From Patescibacteria group bacterium (GTDB lineage: Bacteria > Patescibacteriota > Patescibacteriia > JBDRGY01), in NCBI GenBank assembly GCA_043817315.1, contig JBDRGY010000013.1, positions 8,663 to 72,662 on the forward strand: a stretch of 64,000 bases of DNA, in the 5' to 3' direction. Positions 59,762-64,000 of this stretch are shown piece after piece. Both the position numbers and the translations under genes were made by a program. The notes under the pieces were generated by a model. The model was given only the letters and a program-made list of their open reading frames with translations. It ran no database searches and was not told the origin of the DNA. Every line of letters begins with the position of its first letter. Position 1 is the stretch's first letter.

Positions 59762-60055
59762 ATGCCTCAGTTCGAACTGCAGTTCCAGTTTGTGGCTATG
59801 ATGCAGCCAGATCAGGCTGAAGTGGTAGCAGCACGAATGGAGAAGGTTGTCCCTTTCCCCCACAACACCCAATCCCTGGTCACCAAGGAAGGCAGCAGCT
59901 GCATGATCTGGTTACAGGTTGACGGTCCTTTTTCTGACAATGCCTATGCCACCGATTGGGCCAAAGCGGCCCGGAGAGATATGTTGGCTACCGTTACCGA
60001 AGAAGAAACTGTCGTTCCTCACGTTATCGTGGTGGCCCAGCTCAAGGAGGATTGA
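59762..60055 (+). CDS. small hypothetical protein, tandem paralog 1 (GC-rich)
   Basis: GGAGGGG SD, then MPQFELQFQFVAMMQPDQAEVVAARMEKVVPFPH. Confidence 0.4.
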   Translation: MPQFELQFQFVAMMQPDQAEVVAARMEKVVPFPHNTQSLVTKEGSSCMIWLQVDGPFSDNAYATDWAKAARRDMLATVTEEETVVPHVIVVAQLKED

Positions 60056-60057
60056 TT

Positions 60058-60387
60058 TTGCCTTTATTCGAGATCCACTGGAAGTTCGTGGCCAACCTGA
60101 CTCCGCATCAAGCCGCCACCGCTGTAGTACTACTGCAACATCGAGTGCCCGAGCTGGCTGATTGCGGGTCAGAAATCACCGATAACCGCGAACCGCCCAA
60201 CCGGATCAAGTTGATCGCTGAATATGAGTGCGACGACCAACAAGCTGCCCAAGATTGGGCTGATCTCATTCAAGGTAAGGTAATCGCGTCAGGAGCCATC
60301 AGCTGCCTCAAGCCTGAATACCGCATGGTAATCAGTGCTCCGAACAAACCTCTACCAAAGGAGGTTCCATGCCCCGCTTCCGGATAA
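60058..60387 (+). CDS. small hypothetical protein, tandem paralog 2 (TTG start)
   Basis: AAGGAGG lies 7 nt upstream of the TTG. LPLFEIHWKFVANLTPHQAATAVVLLQHRVPELA parallels paralog 1. Confidence 0.35.
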   Translation: MPLFEIHWKFVANLTPHQAATAVVLLQHRVPELADCGSEITDNREPPNRIKLIAEYECDDQQAAQDWADLIQGKVIASGAISCLKPEYRMVISAPNKPLPKEVPCPASG

Positions 60388-60489
60388 CCATCAAGTTCTC
60401 TGACCCGATCACTCAAGGTAATACCAGAGATTTCAATGACTAGTTCTTTCTGCCCTTGGTTAACACCGAGGGCTTTTTTATTTATTAAA

Positions 60490-60520
60490 AAAACCCGCTT
60501 CCTGACGAAAGCGGGTATGT
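60490..60520. terminator. bidirectional intrinsic terminator
   Basis: aaaaaaacccgctt-cctgacgaa-agcgggtatg is flanked by A and T runs between convergent genes. Confidence 0.45.
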
Positions 60521-60522
60521 GA

Positions 60523-61323
60523 TCAAGCGACCAGGGCTGGTTCCAGCCTGGTGCGCATACTGAGACTATGCTCAATCTCAGCAGTTACTTCCTCGATTGC
60601 TATCAGAGGATTGGTGTAGGGATCAATGTCGATCATCAACTGATCAGCCCCCAGGCTCAGGGCAAAAGCCGGGGTCACTAATCCGGTCAGATCAGCATAG
60701 CGCCAACCGGGTTGCACTGGAACGATCTTCTGACAGCCGGCCAAGGCCGTCATCTCGCTCAGGCCGATCAGATCCTGACCAGAGCAGAACAGCTTGGTTA
60801 CCCCTGCCCATTTTGCCTTTAGAGCATAATGCAGGGCCCGAGAACCTGGTTCCTTCCAGGAATAGCCTGTTGTCTTACTGACGCTGAACAGGTCATCATC
60901 GAACAGACCAGGTACCCCTGTATCGACTACCAGGATGCATTCCTGATCTCCCCCCTGAAACTGCCCAGTTGCCCACTCCAGACAAGTTGGGTGCATCTCT
61001 CCGGATACGGCCAGAGCAGCGACATAGTCATTTTCAGCTACTCGACCTACCCAGGTCATGAAATCTCTTGTGTTAGATTGAAGATGTGGGCGGTCGTCGA
61101 TCCAAACCAGCTTACCCAGTTCCCTGATAGCGACCATAAGTTCTCCTGCCAAAGGTTTACGTAATACAGGCAGGGTGTAGGCGTAGTAAGTGTTAACGTG
61201 GATCACGAATCCTGCCACTACCGGCAGATGACCCACGGTTTCCACGATCTGCCGGGCTCGCGAGTAATCGCTCATCAGATGATCCAAGACCACCCAGACC
61301 ATGGAATCGGCTGTTCGGGTCAT
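60523..61323 (-). CDS. hypothetical protein (GC-rich; loosely TIM-barrel/OMP-decarboxylase-like but lacking the catalytic Lys)
   Basis: VWVVLDH...WIDDRPHLQSNTRDF resembles the OMPDC DxKxxDI block, but with Arg in place of Lys. Assignment is not reliable. Confidence 0.35.
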   Translation of the reverse strand: MTRTADSMVWVVLDHLMSDYSRARQIVETVGHLPVVAGFVIHVNTYYAYTLPVLRKPLAGELMVAIRELGKLVWIDDRPHLQSNTRDFMTWVGRVAENDYVAALAVSGEMHPTCLEWATGQFQGGDQECILVVDTGVPGLFDDDLFSVSKTTGYSWKEPGSRALHYALKAKWAGVTKLFCSGQDLIGLSEMTALAGCQKIVPVQPGWRYADLTGLVTPAFALSLGADQLMIDIDPYTNPLIAIEEVTAEIEHSLSMRTRLEPALVA

Positions 61324-61606
61324 TTGTTCCCCCTTTGAAATGAGCATTTTTTAATCGATATTATACCTTATCTTGAGAAAAATAATCGGTCAAGCCCGGT
61401 ATTTACCTAATCTTAGCCAAAAAGCCATATTGAACCTAGAATTGATTAGTCCCAAAAAAAAGCTAATATTAGCTAAAAAACCTGCATTTTTTATCCCCAA
61501 GCCTACCATTGACTTATCCAAAAATGTCTGTATCTTTAAACTAGCCTTTAAATAAAGGGCAAAATCTATCTTTTAACAAAATTTTTTTTATTTTAGATTC
61601 AAAATT

Positions 61607-61915
61607 ATGACTAACCAAATAGACCAAATCCAAAAGACCGAGCAAGAAGCAGAGGCCATCATCAATTCTGCTCATTCTGAAGTTAAGAAAAAAACAGCCG
61701 CTACCAGATCCCAGGGCGAAGAAGGCATCGCCTCCTCAAAGGCCCGTCTGCAAAAAGAAATTACTGATATTGATAAGAAAGCAGAGACAGCCATCAAAAC
61801 TGCCAAAGAAAAAATTGAGGCCGAGGCTAAGAAAGAAATCTCTGCTTTGGATAGAGTAAAACCGGCTGACCTTAGTAAAGCCGTTGATCTAATCGTCAAA
61901 CAAGCTACTAAATAA
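61607..61915 (+). CDS. V/A-type ATPase small coiled-coil subunit (G/H-like), tentative
   Basis: 102 aa, entirely coiled coil. Sits immediately upstream of the subunit I gene. Confidence 0.4.
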   Translation: MTNQIDQIQKTEQEAEAIINSAHSEVKKKTAATRSQGEEGIASSKARLQKEITDIDKKAETAIKTAKEKIEAEAKKEISALDRVKPADLSKAVDLIVKQATK

Positions 61916-61940
61916 TTATAAATTGCTAATATCTAATTAA

Positions 61941-63902
61941 ATGGCTCTAGCCGACACCAAAAAGATAATGCTCACTTCCCTGACAAAAAATCAGTCAGCT
62001 ATTTTGGAATTGCTGCACAACGCTGGAGCCGTTCAGATCGAGAACCTCAAAAAAGAAGGTGAGGAATTACAGACTAACCAATACGAATACCAGCAGGCGC
62101 AACTGACTTTTGCTTTAAACCTTTTAGAGAAATACAAAACAGAAAAAACTTCTTTCAAAGATAAACTAGCTGGCAAGATTCCGGTTACGAACCAAGATAT
62201 TGATCATCTGATTAACAATTTCGATTACCTGGACATCGTTAAACAAGTGGAAGATTTGGAAGCTAAACTGAATGAGGCTAAAAGTACCATTGATAAATTA
62301 ACTGAAGAAAATAAATTACTGACCAATTGGATCGGTATTGACTTTGTCCCCCAGGATTACCAAACCAATAAAGTCACAGTGCAATTAGGTGCAGTGGTTT
62401 CCAGCCACTATGAAGAATTTATTCAAAAGATTGGCAATGTAAAAACCGGTGACATCAAAAAGGTATCTGATGATACTAAAGAAACTTACCTGATTGTTAC
62501 TTCGTTAAAAGCTAACGATAAAGATGTTAAACGACTATTGTCCGAATATGATTTTAAACCGGCTCAATTGCCTAAATTGGAAACTTTACCCAAACAGCGA
62601 ATCGAACTGAATGAAAATAATATCAAAGAACAGGACAAAATAATTGAAACCACCGCCAAAGAAATCAAGAAATTAACAAAGCATATTCACCAGTTAAAAA
62701 TCGTTTTCGATTATATCACTTGGAAAAAGGAACAGACTGATCAGCTGAATAGAATGTCAGCTACTAGCAAGACCTTTTCCGTGATGGGCTGGATCGACGC
62801 TGATCACATCAAACTCATAGAAACAGACTTAAAGAAAATTACCAAGGAATACGCTTTAACCGAACTGGAAGTTAAGAAAGAAGAACCCAAGCCGGTTGCT
62901 TTGAAAAATAGTAAAATCCTAAGACCGTTTGAATCAGTTACCAACATTTACGGCATGCCCAAAAGCAGCGAAATCGATCCAACCCCTTTCCTGGCCCCTT
63001 TCTTTATTATCTTTTTCGGCTTGTGTTTAACTGATGCCGGTTACGGAGTTGTTCTTGCCTTACTAGCCTGGGGCATGATCAAAATCATGAAAATCCCCAT
63101 AGAAAACCAGCGATTACTGCGTCTTTTGATCATAGGTGGTATTATTACCTTTATTATCGGAGCGATTTTTGGCGGTTGGTTTGGCCTGGTCCTGGAAGAC
63201 CTGCCTGATTCCATGTCCTTGATCCGAGAGAAGTTAATCAACATCCGCCAGATTAATCCGCTGGAATCCCCTCTGACTGTGATGATGCTTTCTTTTGTTC
63301 TGGGTATTATTCAAGTACTAGTTGGTTTGGGCTTGGATGTTTATTGGAAAATAAAACAAGGTAATAAAAAAGACGGACTGCTCGGTTCTGGAGTCAACTT
63401 TCTGTTCTTGCTAATTATTTTATTCTGGGCTTCTGTCAAATCTGGCCTGCTGCCGGAAGCTATTGGTTCGATCGCTACTTATACCTTGTACGCCGGAGTT
63501 GCTCTGATGATACTAACCCAAGGCCGCAAATCAAAAAATATTGTCCTTAAATTCTTTTCCGGTACTCTAAGCCTTTATAACCTAGTCGGCTTTTTATCTG
63601 ATATTCTCTCTTATTCACGTCTGTTGGCTTTGGGCTTGGCTACCGGTATTATTGCCATGGTGGTAAATTTGGTGGCTATGCTTTTTAAAGATATGATTCC
63701 TTTTGTCGGTTGGGGCGTAGCGGTTTTAATTCTAATTGGCGGCCATCTTTTTAATCTGGCAATTAATACTCTGGGTGCTTTCATCCATTCTGGCCGTTTA
63801 CAATTCGTAGAATTCTTTCCCAAATTTATGGAAGGCGGCGGCACTCGCTTCCAACCGTTTAAGAAGGAAAGTAAATATATAAGGTATAAAGGTGATGCGT
63901 AA
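61941..63902 (+). CDS. V/A-type ATP synthase subunit I (membrane a-subunit)
   Basis: Soluble N-domain plus membrane domain with FESVTNIYGMPKSSEIDPTPFLAPFFIIFFGLCLTDAGYG, the V-ATPase I signature. Confidence 0.75.
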   Translation: MALADTKKIMLTSLTKNQSAILELLHNAGAVQIENLKKEGEELQTNQYEYQQAQLTFALNLLEKYKTEKTSFKDKLAGKIPVTNQDIDHLINNFDYLDIVKQVEDLEAKLNEAKSTIDKLTEENKLLTNWIGIDFVPQDYQTNKVTVQLGAVVSSHYEEFIQKIGNVKTGDIKKVSDDTKETYLIVTSLKANDKDVKRLLSEYDFKPAQLPKLETLPKQRIELNENNIKEQDKIIETTAKEIKKLTKHIHQLKIVFDYITWKKEQTDQLNRMSATSKTFSVMGWIDADHIKLIETDLKKITKEYALTELEVKKEEPKPVALKNSKILRPFESVTNIYGMPKSSEIDPTPFLAPFFIIFFGLCLTDAGYGVVLALLAWGMIKIMKIPIENQRLLRLLIIGGIITFIIGAIFGGWFGLVLEDLPDSMSLIREKLINIRQINPLESPLTVMMLSFVLGIIQVLVGLGLDVYWKIKQGNKKDGLLGSGVNFLFLLIILFWASVKSGLLPEAIGSIATYTLYAGVALMILTQGRKSKNIVLKFFSGTLSLYNLVGFLSDILSYSRLLALGLATGIIAMVVNLVAMLFKDMIPFVGWGVAVLILIGGHLFNLAINTLGAFIHSGRLQFVEFFPKFMEGGGTRFQPFKKESKYIRYKGDA

Positions 63903-63983
63903 TGAGTAACGCGTAATGCGGGCTTCGCATTACTCATTACCCGTTACGCATTACGAGTAATAATTAACTAAGGAGATAAAACT

Positions 63984-64000
63984 ATGGAATTCGGAGTCGC
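63984..64000 (+). CDS. start of next gene (probably V-ATPase proteolipid subunit K), truncated by window end
   Basis: AAGGAG SD then ATG GAA TTC GGA GTC GC. Only 6 codons visible. Confidence 0.3.

Noticed and set aside
60523-61323. Orotidine-5'-phosphate decarboxylase assignment
   Set aside because: The DxKxxD-like block has Arg instead of the essential Lys, and the overall similarity is weak. It is left as hypothetical.

Overview
This 64 kb window is AT-rich, reduced-genome bacterial chromosome. From gene content I infer a Candidate Phyla Radiation / Patescibacteria-like organism: many small membrane-anchored hypothetical proteins, a short ThrS, an archaeal-type inositol-3-phosphate synthase, V-type ATPase genes, and ThyX-based dTMP synthesis.

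Housekeeping genes are dense: rpsB-tsf, rpmE-prfA-prmC, rplY, ftsW/rodA, dnaE, thrS, miaB-miaA, gatB, rplA, rplK, nusG, secE, gyrB, pheS/pheT, rpmG, and the tRNAs Trp, Tyr and two Thr.

Several accessory features are interleaved with these.

(1) A minus-strand operon links a heliorhodopsin to a T4 endoV-type pyrimidine-dimer glycosylase, a P-loop kinase and a DUF559 nuclease-domain protein.

(2) A roughly 2.9 kb GC-rich island lies between thrS and miaB. It carries at least five tandem units of a near-identical sigma70-like promoter (TTGACA-N17-TAAAGT), then a GC-rich structured transcript, then an intrinsic terminator. Three of the transcripts are paralogous. A similar unit sits at 381-745.

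(3) Three tRNA genes (Trp, Thr-UGU, Thr-GGU) are each followed by a degenerate, hairpin-rich partial copy of their own 3' half. Another tRNA-Trp-like element lies upstream of a GIY-YIG nuclease gene next to tRNA-Trp.

(4) Further GC-rich islands hold an SPFH-like lipoprotein locus, a TolB-like beta-propeller splitting the rplK-rplA operon, tdk, and tandem small paralogs.

(5) A dTTP-synthesis module: tdk, tmk-like, long ThyX, a dNMP-kinase-like gene, and dCMP deaminase.

(6) A UvrD-like helicase fused to a Cas4/AddB-type nuclease.

(7) A two-copy intergenic repeat containing an SD/anti-SD hairpin.

I saw no CRISPR array and no rRNA. Coordinates of RNA and regulatory features are hand-derived and may be off by a few bases.
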